Part shown: positions 1 to 11,090 of the stretch, one piece after another
How the letters are laid out: every line of letters begins with the position of its first letter
Position numbering within the stretch: position 1 is the first letter of the stretch
Assembly (NCBI GenBank): GCA_012026655.1
Contig: JAAILG010001105.1
Location: forward strand, 1 to 64,000
Length of the DNA: 64,000 nt
From: Hydrolagus affinis
Taxonomy: Eukaryota
Direction: 5' to 3'
Translations under genes and position numbers: made by a program
The notes under the pieces: model-generated
The model's input: only the letters and a program-made list of their open reading frames with translations
Told to the model about the DNA's origin: nothing
Database searches by the model: none

Positions 1-118
1 AGCCCAGCCTGCGTCTGACCTCACCCCGTCACCCCGCTGCCATGACAACCACCGCGCGCTGCGTCAGCACGTGGCCCCGCCCCCTCCTCCCCAACACCTG
101 TAAACAAAGAACGTCAGT
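1..118. promoter_or_regulatory. CpG/GC-rich promoter-like motif cluster, probably the edge of a CpG island that continues left of the window
   Basis: Within about 70 bp: RFX X-box-like GCTGCCATGACAAC (36-49), CRE half site TGCGTCA (60-66), E-box CACGTG (68-73), GC box GGCCCCGCCCCC (73-84), forkhead TGTAAACA (99-106). CpG-dense relative to the rest of the window. Confidence 0.55.
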
Positions 119-879
119 CACCACTGCTCTGCACTGCCTACAGCTCTACACTGTACTGACTGCTCTATACTACTGTACTATAGTGACTGCTCTACACTGT
201 ACTGTACTGACTGCTCTATACTGTACTGACTACAGCTCTACACTGTACTGACTGCTATATACTACTGTACTATAGTGACAGCTCTACACTGTACTGTACT
301 ATAGTGACTGCTCTATACTGTACTGACTACAGCTCTACACTGTACTGACTGCTCTATACTACTGTACTATAGTGACTGCTCTATACTGTACTGTACTCAC
401 TCCAGCTCTATACTGTACTGTACTCACTCCAGCTCTATACTGTACTGTACTCACTCCAGCTCTATACTGTACTCACTGCCGTAACGTACTGACTGCAGTT
501 CTGTACTGTACTCATTGCAGCTCTATACTGTATTGTACTAAACTGACTGCTCTACTGTACTGTACTCACTGCAGTTCTATACTATACTGTACTGTCTGCT
601 CTATACTGTGCTGCACTGTACTGATTGCTCTATACTATACTGTACGCTCTGCACTGTCTGTACAGCTGCTCTATACTATACTGCACTGTATAACTGCTCT
701 ATACTACACTGTACTCACTCTGCTGCCTGTACAGCTGCTCTATACTATACTGTTCTCAGTGCACTCACTGTCTGTACAATTACTCTGTACAGTACTATAC
801 TACACTCCCTGCAATGCCTGTACAGCTGCTCTGCACTATACAATATTGCACCCTCTGCATTGCACAGCTGTTGTGTACT
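119..879. repeat. Degenerate minisatellite built from TACTG / ACTGCTCTATACTG units
   Basis: Direct tandem repetition, including three exact 27-bp copies of CTCTATACTGTACTGTACTCACTCCAG (381-461). Identity decays rightwards. Confidence 0.9.
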
Positions 880-914
880 GAAAGGCACTCTATAAATGTA
901 GTTTTGTTGTTGTT
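880..914 (+). mobile_element. L2-type 3' tail remnant
   Basis: GAAAGGCACTCTATAAATGTAGTTTTGTTGTTGTT, the same terminal motif plus (TTG)n seen at many other copies. Confidence 0.65.
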
Positions 915-1400
915 AAACTCATTCAGAATTCTGCAGCTCGTGTACTCTCCCGCACCAGGCTTCGTGACCACATCACTCGCACCCTCGCCCGTCTCCACTG
1001 GCTCCCCATCCCCCAGAGGATTGAATTCAAGATCCTCATCCTCATTTTCAAAGCCATTCACGGCCTTGCCCCCGCCTATCTCTCTGACCTACTGTCTCCC
1101 TATCAGCCTGCCCGCATCCTCCGTTCAGCAGACTCAGGCCTGCTCCGCGTCCACCTCCCTAACCGCCCAACCATCGGCGGTCGGGCTTTCAGCCTCTCTG
1201 CTCCCACACTGTGGAAGTCCATCCCGCAATCCCTCCGCCTTGCTTCCTCCCTTTCCTCCTTCAAGGCCGGTCTCAAGACCTTCCTCTTTGATCATGACTT
1301 CGGCTGCCCCCCTAAGTCTTCCCACTCTCCTTCCCCTTCCCCTTACCCCCCCCTCTCCCCCCCCCCCCACCCTGCTCAGGTCCCGACCTGTATTAGAGGG
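915..1400 (+). mobile_element. L2-clade LINE, ORF2 C-terminal fragment (5'-truncated)
   Basis: My translation from 921 is stop-free: IQNSAARVLSRTRLRDHITRTLARLHWLPIPQRIEFKILILIFKAIHGLAPAYLSDLL...LRSADSGLL...GGRAFSLSAPTLWKSIP...SFKAGLKTFLF. This is the characteristic L2/CR1-group C-terminal signature (LHWLP, RIxFK, LRS, RAFS, FKxxLKTFLF). Confidence 0.92.
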
Positions 1401-3371
1401 GAGATAAATGTGTGCGTGTGCAAGGGAAGGGTCAGTCAAGTTGCATAGCTGTCAGCTCTCACTCATCAAGAATGGAGCTTGTTTTTTTTTCTCTCTTCTG
1501 TCAACTCAGGCTCCTGGCACCTCTCTCAGCAGTGACTTTCGTCCTGGTTCACAGAATCGCCTCCCTGCTGATGTGCGCCACTCTCACATGTGAGCACGCT
1601 TCCATGGCCTGAATGAGTCTGTAATCTGCCCCACCGTCTGTGGTTGTAAATCTCCAGCCCATTTCCTCCGTCTTGACAGTTTTCTTTAAATTGCATCTCA
1701 CTGTATGTTCGAATGGGTTTGCAATACATCTTAATCTTTCGGATCAGAAATCTCACTGCGAATACTGTGCCAAAGTTGACAGCTATAGAATTGACCACCA
1801 TACTACATACTACATCGATTGCCAAGTGTAAGGCTTGGCAGATGACTTGGAACATATTCATATTGCAAAAAATGTTTTGTACAAAAGTTGCTTGAAGTCT
1901 CATCCATAAATAAGGAATGAATGAACCAATAGTGAAATACACCATGTTGAGTGCAGTGTGTTGAAGCACCAATGGTGGTGGGATGCAGGTTTCACTTACA
2001 CTGCTCCAGGCTTTTTTCAGTCAGCGCTAGACAGACAGGGAACTGGGAGCAAGTCACCTTCCTCCAGATGCTTAAGATACTTGATATTGGGAGTATAACA
2101 GCATAAAGTTATGACCTAAATCTCTCTTTTGCCAATTTCTTTTTCACTTTCACACATGTCAGATGACAGTGTGCAATGCATTACAAGATAACAGATATTT
2201 GGGAGTGAGTTACATGCTCTGTTGCCTTCCAGGCCCCCAGAGGATAGATTTTTAAGATTTCCATCTGAACCTTCAAATCTCTTATTGCCATTACTCCATT
2301 CCTAGGTCATCCCACTTCACCCCAATCCCTGTTTTTCACCTTGCTCAGGTTTCCACACCATTTCTGTAAGCCCCTAAGAGTAAGCAGCAGCATAAGTTCT
2401 AGTTGTTGGATTGAAAATATTGCTGTGCAAGTAAAATATTCACGCATCTATGTATAATTATTAATACTATATTACTTAACAATTCTCCTAAAATGTAGAA
2501 ATGGTTCACATGTGTTTATATCCACAACGAGAGAAGCATTTTCAAATACAAGGATTATTATTATTATTAGTTGCATAGCTCACATGTGCTTTTGTATTCC
2601 ATATAGATGATCATAGAACATCTGGAATACCCACAACAGGGAAATTACACAAAGCATTCATTGTGATGCCTGAGGAGGAGAAGGAAGACACACTGATATA
2701 GGCAGCAGCACCTGAGGGCTGGAACTCTGCAGTGTTTGAACCGGACGGGAGGGTGGGGGGGACTGCAGTCTGAGCACCATCGACAAGGTCAAAGACACAG
2801 ACAAAAACATTCTTGTTGAACCAGACCTTCAACCATAAAGGTTAGAGGTTTCTATATCAGTGCTCTCAATTCCCCTGGGATAGAAGCGAACCCCACCCCA
2901 AGAAGAAACACATACACAAAAATCTAGTAGAGTATAAAGAGGTAAGGGCTGTATGACATCCTGAACTATATGCACACCAGCATGTAACCCATCTGGGGTC
3001 AGTTTGCTAAGCAGATTGTATCACTGATTCATCTCGTTCTTCCCTGACCAAACAATAATGCTTTGGGATGAAGCTAGCATATACATGTTAATCGAAAAGA
3101 CTGAGACAGGGATTTTTTTTTCAACATTTAAATTCACTTTATCATTGATGACAGTAAAATCGCTGTCATAAATTTGTTTTTGACATTGCGCGCCACATTT
3201 CAAAAGAATTTTGCAACACTTGAAAATAAAAAATATCATGTGTTGCATATTCTATAGTGTAGCATATGCACAATGTGCATCCGATACTGTTTTAGCACCT
3301 GCTTAAATCGGACTCCATCACAAGCATACCTGGCTATTGTATAACCCTCTGCAAAAAGTGAGCATAATATA

Positions 3372-3522
3372 TAAATAATCCTTGGATTATAGTGCTGTAT
3401 CACGTCTTCAATTTGTCTCAAAGCACTTCACAGAATATACTGTAAAGTTTAGTGACTGTAATTTGTGGGCAAAATGCGGCAGCCCATTGCACACAGCAGT
3501 GTTTCACAAACAGTCGTGGATG
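3372..3522 (-). mobile_element. SINE 3' half with L2-type tail
   Basis: Aligns by eye to the full-length copies at 24448, 61091 and 62641 (ATAATCCTTG...CTCAAAGCACTTCACAGAATATACTGTAAAG...CACAAACAGTCGTGGA). Confidence 0.85.
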
Positions 3523-4702
3523 ACAGTGAGTGTAATATATTTATAGGCATGGAGTCAGATAAACATCTCTGAATGAGTAAAGTCAGACAGTGTCACGCCT
3601 GCGGACTTTTTAACAACAGCATTTCAGCTGGTGCACGCAATGTACACTTGTATCCATTAGCACTGGCTTGTACATTCCACCATTCACTTTGCCCATTATA
3701 CACAATGCCTTCAGATATTTCGGGAACAGCCCTCTTCGTGGAAACTCAACGTTACATCTCAAGAGACTGGAGGCACTGGTGGCTCCTTCATCTACTGCCA
3801 GCTGATCTCATGCACTAAAAGGCCCACACTGGTGGTCTTACAGAACCATTTTATTTTGGCCAGTTTATCTTTGGTTCACTTTTTGAAGTTGGTTAAATGT
3901 TTTGGGGAATTGCTTCCAGTCCCATTTTTTCCCTTTTAGTGGCATTGAGGAGTTTGGCAGTTCATTTTGTTTTTATTATCCATGTTCATCAAGGTGAGTG
4001 TTACAGCGCTGGAGCAAATAGGGGCTTTTCTACGACCTTGCCTCTCCAGCCTTCAGTAGAATCTAAACCTCCTTCCCTTTTTTTGTGATCTGCTTTTAAT
4101 GGAGCCACAGCACAGCTGAATGAATACAAAACTAGTTAGCGGCAGAATAAAAGCAGGTTGCCACTCTCCAACCTCAGTCTCTTACCACCCTGAAGATCAA
4201 TCAAATCTACCATGCTGGAAGCAATAGCAATAAGCCTGATAAGGCTTTCCTATGTTACAGCAACTTTAAAATGTTCCTTTGGATAAAATTGACCTGTTAT
4301 TTCAATCCCTTACACCTGTATGGAGACAAGCTCTATTTTCCTTTCTTCCTGCTGAATGCCCTATTTATAATTGAAAGGGACCTTGAATTTCCTATTGAAT
4401 CCAATGCTCTTGTACCTGACAGGTGAATACCACCTGTTTATAATACTGTATGTTCAATATTCAGACCTGGTAGAGAGGAGAAAGCTCAGCTGCCACTTCC
4501 TCCACCTGTTCTGTGTATCTAATGACTGTTTCACAGCTTCACACTGCACCGCTCGCTCTACCTGGCCTCTTGTACTATTCACTGCTCTGGCCTCATTGAT
4601 GCTGCTGCTAATATCAAATACCACATTTTACTCCCCTGTTGTGTTTGTGATTCCTGGCTAAATGCAGGAGTTTTTGATGTTGACAGTACTGTCGAGGAAA
4701 TG

Positions 4703-5069
4703 ATAATGATGATAATCCTTGCATTTGATAAGCCCCCTTATAACATCGCCGAACTGTCTCATAAAAGCGTTTCACAGGATATACTGTAAAGACTGTGTAT
4801 GTTGTGGGAGATCGTGGTTGCCAATTCGCACCTAGCAATGTCCCACAAAGAGCCATGGTGAGAGGGACCGATTTTATCTGGGGGATTTGTTGACCAGAAT
4901 ACTGACAGAAACTCTCTTCTCTTTTCGAATGGTGCCATTAATCTTTAACATCCACTTGAACAGGCAAGGAAGAGTTTTAGTTTAATATCTCTTTAATATC
5001 CAAAAGGCGTACCTCCGATAATGCAACACCCTCACCCCCCAGCACTGCACTGAAATGTCAGCTTAGACT
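4703..5069 (-). mobile_element. Deu-domain SINE (SacSINE1/AmnSINE1-related) with L2-type tail
   Basis: Tail at 4703-4860 is shared with the local SINE family. 4893-5069 (CTCTTTTCGAATGGTGCCAT...ATCTTTAACATCCACTTGA...GTTTAATATCTC...ACCTCCGATAATGCAACAC...CACTGCACTGAAATGTCAGC) resembles the DeuSINE central domain as I recall it. Confidence 0.7.
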
Positions 5070-6141
5070 AAGCAATTCCAAGATTTCCTTAACAAAATTT
5101 TTGTTGTCATCACGTGGAGTGAGAAACATTGGTGGGTGAGCCCTATATTATTCTGTGCTGGCATTGTCTCAGAAGAGACAGAATCACACCATGGTATATT
5201 TACCAAACCAGAGGAGAAGCACCCCTTTAATCCCTGTGTCAAGCAATCAGTGGGAGGTTCACTTAGGGCTATATGCAGAGTAAATCTTTCTCCAACAACA
5301 TAAAGTGCTGTTATGTAGAACCCTGATGTCAATCGGACAACTTTACCTATCAAACCAAGGAAATAAGTCAAGTTATTTGATTCACTGCTACTAGGTACCA
5401 CTGTGCACCACCCAATTTATCATGTGCTCACAGTGGGTTTTCACATTACTCTGGTCACCAGGGAGGAAATAGCTTTCCATAGCACAGGACAGTTACACAT
5501 TCCATTTCCTTCCTGGTCACAGAACAGACACAAATGAGCTTATGCAGAGACTGACAGCAAAACCATTAGAAATCCCTGAGCCATTAAGCATAGGAGTTTT
5601 CTTTTTATTCTATTAGTTTTTGGCAAAAGCATGGTAAGTCACTGTAGTTCACCTACAGAAATATATAGTTGCTGCACTTCACAGTAAATCCTATGAAGTA
5701 CAGTACTGTACTTTGAAATGCCTGCTGATCCGAAGAACCCTATATGAAATGCAAGGATAACATTATTATTAATAATAATAAACACCACTTATATATAATT
5801 CTGAGATGCAGTGTGTCTGAAGCTCGTTGCCTCTCTAACGTTCAATAAACTTTACATATCATTGCTAATAATGCAGGAATGGCGCATAAAATTCATGTAG
5901 TCTAGAGATTATCCTTCCCTTCAGAAAGGTCCAACAAGAGAAAAAGCCAAAATTTCCCTGGATGCTCACAGGTTTAATAAGGGTTAGTAAAGTGCCAACT
6001 TCTATGCAGGAAAAACAAGTCCAATTGTCTATCTAAATTTTGTTGTTTAATAATTTATGGGACTTGGTGCCTGCGCATTAATGTAAAATGCCCAGTTACA
6101 TTGATTCATGGACACTAACAAGAGAGCCAGCTTTGTGGGAG

Positions 6142-6353
6142 ACAAAAACTGAAGTTGCTGGGAAAACTCAGCAGGTCAGGCATCCATGGAGAAAGGAAAG
6201 TGAGTCAATGTTTTGAGTCTACGACCCTTCAGGTCAGACCCGAAATGTTGACTCACTTTCCTTTCTCCATGGATGCTGCCTGACCTGCTGGGTTTTCCCA
6301 GCAACTTCCGTTTTTGTTTAAAATTTTCAGCATCTATAGTATTTTGTGTTTTG
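6142..6353. mobile_element. Fold-back (palindromic) element, probably derived from Penelope-like terminal repeats
   Basis: Arms at 6142-6220 and 6236-6317 are reverse complements (about 6 mismatches plus a 3-bp indel in about 80 bp) around a 15-nt loop. The Penelope assignment is from recall. Confidence 0.75.
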
Positions 6354-7844
6354 TTTCTGCGAGAGCTTCCTTTATAGCAGGCTGGAGTGAAGGTTAGATT
6401 AGCCTTTAGTGTATTCTCTGAAATCTAGGGAAGAGGAACACGCCTGCACAGGGACATAATCTATACTTTCCAATGTGACTTTGTCTCTGCCAATTGAAAT
6501 CAAGGTGGAACCAATGGTTATCTCGCTGTTGTTCCTATTAGAGCTATCTATCTGTCTATTTACAGAATCAATCTACTCTGGTATGCCTTCCCTTCCAGGT
6601 AACCCACCATTTATCCTTTGAAGATTATTTGGGGGAATGGGCCTTTCAGCAATGATAGACCTATAATTGAAATAGGGCCAATTCCCATTGAGCATGATGA
6701 ATACGGGCAAAGATTTTGCCTGAAGTATAAACACTTTCAATTTTCCTTCCCAGTTCCCTTGATTTCCCCAGGTCACAAACAACAAAGAGGCTACTGCTCT
6801 CAGGTCTCCGCAAATATTACACCAAGTCTACAGCTGCAAGATTATTGTAATAAGTATGTACACAAGATTAGCAGGAGTCCATTTGGAAGATGTCATCACT
6901 TGCTACTGCCCTTGACTAGCAATGACTGAAAACTTACTACAGTAATAGGACAAATTCCTCTTATTCAAAGGTTTGATCATTGTAAATGGATTACAAAGGA
7001 GGTGTGAAAGTTACCTCAGTGTTTCCTGAGATAAATATTACAGATAATTAAAACAACAACCAAATTACATTTGTGTATAATAATGAAAAAAAATTACCTA
7101 ATAACTATGGAAAATATGAAAAGTCATTGAAGCCAAAGTCATAATTTTAACCCAATGATATTTTTGAGATGTTGTTGTGCATTGTAAAATATTTAATTGA
7201 CACTCAAAAAGTTAATCATTGACAGATGTATTTAATGTTTCACACTGTAAAACTTAATTACCTGTACAGGTGTCATTTTTTATTGTCACGAACTGTGGAA
7301 TTACTTTCACTACTGCAATTCAATGAAACATTGGCTCCAATGTTCATTCAGCTGCTTCTTATAATGTTTCCATGGTTCTTGAAGGAGCCACATTTGATTC
7401 GGAACCCAAACGTTGTGTGGCAGGGATTTTAATACGTAATGATGCTATAAAAATAAGATGAAATGTTAAATTGCTCAGTGCCACATTTACTTTTGCTAAG
7501 ATTGATTTCACACTTATTTTGTGCCAATGGAACAAATGTACTGCTTGATGAAGAATTAAGAGTAATGGCATTATAAATTTATATTTTATTGCTAATTCCA
7601 ATAAAGAAATGTCTTTAAGATATAGATTTGTTTTCTTATGTGAGTACTATAGGTGACATGATGGAGCAATATACTAGGAACAGTGCGTTGCATTGCTTAC
7701 ACAAGTTCCAATTGTTTTCTCATCTTATGGTTGCATGTGATATTTCCAGACAATTATGCTGAGAAGTTAAACTGCGGTCTTGTCTGCCTGGTCAGATGGA
7801 CGCTGATGATCGCACAACACTGTTCAAAAAGAGAACAGAGTTTC

Positions 7845-8047
7845 TCCCTGTGTCCTGGCCAACAAAACCCCCCAATCAAATTGATTACTCATTCCATGGC
7901 TGTTTATGGGACATTGGTGTGTACAACTGACTGTCACGTTTTGCCCATAAAATATATGATCAGTCCGCTTTGCAGAATATCCCGTGAAGCGCTTTGAGGC
8001 ATCTCGATTATGTGATAAGGCTTTATATCAAATGCAATAATTATTAT
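7845..8047 (+). mobile_element. SINE 3' portion with L2-type tail
   Basis: CCATGGCTGTTTATGGGACATTG...GTGAAGCGCTTTGAGGCATCTC...GTGATAAGGCTTTATATCAAATGCAATAATTATTAT. Confidence 0.85.
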
Positions 8048-9574
8048 CAGTCTTCCCAGAGTGGCTCCAGAATGCTTAAACTATCAAGTACAATTTTATA
8101 ACCTCTCCTAGAGTTATTTATGTGGCATTTTAAGGTTTCGAAATGTTCTGACATTTTAATTTTAAATGTACATTGTGCCGTTGAGCTCCTGCTATCAATT
8201 TCAGTATTCAATGCCACCCAGGGTAAAAGTAAATTAGGTACCATTTTTCACAATGTTTCATCCCGTTTAAATTTCAAAGTACTTTTTGAACTTATCAATA
8301 CGCTTATAAGATTTAACTGCTAACCTTCAAAGCAGCATCAATGATGATTATAATGCTGGTTAGATAAACAATGACATTGGAGATGTGCCAAGCCAAACTG
8401 GAGCATGTGATGAGCGTTTTATAAATGCCTCCCATGTTTAGATAGCTCCCGTTACTCTATCAAGCTTTATAAAGATTCAGTTCCATTGGTTGGAAATATA
8501 TCATCACCTTATCACCAGCACCTCAAGCTTTATACGGCATGCTGCTCTGTTTATCCAGTAAACTGTTCACAAAGTGCAGTACTTATATAAATGTTTTTTA
8601 CTGCAGAACCAACATTTTCCTGTTTGAGCCATGCACAAAATGTATGTAGAGAGCTCTGATTGTGATGGTGAGAAGCTATATTTTCCTTTCAGCGTATTTG
8701 ATGCTGTGCTGCTCTGCTTGTGTTTCTGACTGATCCAAATGGTGTTTTGTGGGCTGGGCCCAAATTCCTCTAATTAAAAGAATATGTGTAAAGCCACCGT
8801 TTTCTTATCTCTATCTTGTATGGTTTAATTCAGAGTTTTGGAATCTTCTATTTTCAGCCTCTCTCCAACCTCTCACCCATGTCCTATTCTCCCGCACTGA
8901 GATGTTTGCAGTACAATAAGTTTTATTCTCAATTCGAAGCCACAGCATATTCACAAATCTATATTCTTGGTGTTGTTAATTATGGTATTATGTACGTACA
9001 GATTGCCGGTGTGAAATGGGTTAAAAAATTTGCAAGGGTAAAAAAGGAAGATTATCTCCTATTAACGCACTTGAACACTCCTTCTACCATCTGTCATGTT
9101 AGCTGGATTGTATGAGAAAATGATCTGTGATTAGTAATGAGTTTCTGGCAGTCATTACAGGGTGGCTGCAGCTGTAATGTTACTGTTTACTTATTGCCTG
9201 ATGCAACTTCGGTAATTCACTGAATCATTTACTACTTCGAAGGTCAAATTTGATAAAATAGTAAGGAATATCAGCTTCTGCACAGATGTTAAATGTTATG
9301 TGTAATGAATTATCAGTGCATTTTTCTGCGCTGAAATTAATCAACTCTTTCAGCAGATGGTGGGTTTTTTGTTTAAAAAGAACATTAACAGAATATAATT
9401 AGGATGCGTATTTAGGAAACAATGGGAATAAAATACAGATGCATAGAATAGAATCCACTATCTATATAAACAGAAAACCACAAAATGTTCCAAAATGTGC
9501 CTAAACATCTCCAACTTCTGTATTGCTTATAATTTTCCTGCATCCATAATGGGACTACTCAATCTTCGTACCTC

Positions 9575-9632
9575 CAACAACAACAACAACTTTGATTTAT
9601 ATAGTGCCCTCCACGCTGGATGGCGTCTCAGG
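9575..9632 (-). mobile_element. L2-type 3' tail remnant
   Basis: (CAA)n followed by TTTATATAGTGCCCTCCACG...GGCGTCTCA. Confidence 0.65.
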
Positions 9633-9911
9633 CTACGGGTACATGTAAGTGTATTACTGAAAATTAATTGACAAAGCGAAATTGATAAAATAAAGTAATT
9701 TCAGAACTTCAAATGGAATCCAAACACGCACAAAGATTTTTTTCAAAATTTATCTCTTCCTTTTGTCAGTTTATAAATATGCCATTTTGGCATGAGGCAC
9801 TATTCATTTTAAAATCTCTGTAAAGATTTTAGTAAGTATTGGGTAAGTGAGAGCACAGAATAGAACTAGCTGTCATTTGTATTCCGAGGTAGTGGTAAAA
9901 TAGTAATTTTG

Positions 9912-10084
9912 TCACTCAATCCACGACTGTTTGTGGGATGTGGCTGTGTGCAATTCGCTATCGAGTTTCACCCACAAAAAAACGAAGGCAATTCACTTTA
10001 CACCATATCTAGTGAAGCGCTTGAGACATCTCAAAGACATGATCAGGCACTATATAAAATGCAAGAATTATTTTTCTTATTATT
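9912..10084 (+). mobile_element. SINE 3' half with L2-type tail
   Basis: CTCAATCCACGACTGTTTGTGGGA...GTGAAGCGCTTGAGACATCTC...GCACTATATAAAATGCAAGAATTA. Confidence 0.85.
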
Positions 10085-10664
10085 GGAGCTGTAAAGTCAA
10101 ACTACATTTTTAAATCAGCACAAATGCCCTGTTCACACCCGCACATGTCATGCGTCTGTGCTGAGAAACATTCTTTATTCAAGATGCTGCACAAGACAAA
10201 ACACCTCTGCCACAGGCCTCCGTCATATTACATTGCATCTGCAGTGGGAAGTGTATTGAAATAAGTTTGGTTGATTGACCAATTTTTCTGGCAGAGCTCA
10301 CAGGAAGCCTACCTGAGATCAGACACACACCCAAAATGTTGCACATGATCCCACATTTTACCATTCCAGATGAAAGTATTAATTACATCAAGTTGCTGCA
10401 CCACTGAATCATCCAGAAGTCACTGCCCTATTTCTCAATATTTGTTATCGCGATCCAGTGAATGAGATACTGCCTTGCTGACAATAGGAATTTAACTTAA
10501 GGCATTGCAAAATTAAACATCCAGCTGGTATTTGGCATTAAGACTTTTTAATCCTAATCTATTTATTATTATTTATATTAATTATATTTATTGTTTATTT
10601 TTATTATCTAAAAGTCCCATTTATCAGCCTGCCCAATGTCCCCCGCCCCACCCATCCCACCATT

Positions 10665-10933
10665 GATGGGCAAGAGTCACTCTGTCAGTCACTCTGCCCC
10701 CAACCTCTGGAACTCCATCGCGCAGTCCCTCCGCCTCGCCCCCTCTCCTTCACGTCCCGCCTCAAGGTCCTCCTCTTCGACAGTCCCAACAGTCACCCCA
10801 AATCCCTCCCTTTCTCTCCACCCTGACCTCAGCATGCTTCTGAAACAATGACTGTCCAGCACCTTGGGATGTCCTCCTGACATGAAAAGCACTATACAAG
10901 TGTAATTTTGTTGTTGTTGTTGTTGTTATTATT
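10665..10933 (+). mobile_element. L2 LINE 3' end (ORF2 tail, 3' UTR, (TTG)n)
   Basis: Encodes a SHSAPNLWNSIAQSLRLA remnant similar to 1190-1290 and ends in TGAAAAGCACTATACAAGTGTAATTTTGTTGTTGTTG. Confidence 0.85.
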
Positions 10934-11029
10934 ATCTCCCAATCACAGAGTGTCAGTGGGGATGAGAGCACTCAGAGCCTAAGCCTAAATTATTTTACAT
11001 TGTAATTAAAGATCTGTGAAGATTTAATG

Positions 11030-11090
11030 AACTGGTGGCTGAGGCTCAGTGTGGTGAATGGCCTCTTCCTGTTTTCCTATGTCCCTATTA
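11030..11090 (+). mobile_element. CR1-type 3' tail remnant
   Basis: GGTGAATGGCCTCTTCCTGTT...CCTATGTCCCTAT resembles the CR1 tail at 53520-53570. Confidence 0.5.

Noticed and set aside
119-879. Possible CRISPR-like array
   Set aside because: Contiguous degenerate tandem units with no unique spacers, in a eukaryotic context with no cas genes.
42-895. Cys/Thr/Tyr-rich ORFs (TALYCTVL repeats)
   Set aside because: They are translations of the minisatellite, with no domain or splice evidence.
795-1439. Pro/Ser-rich and Gly-rich ORFs of 88-197 aa
   Set aside because: Alternative-frame and antisense readings of the L2 fragment and a poly-C tract.
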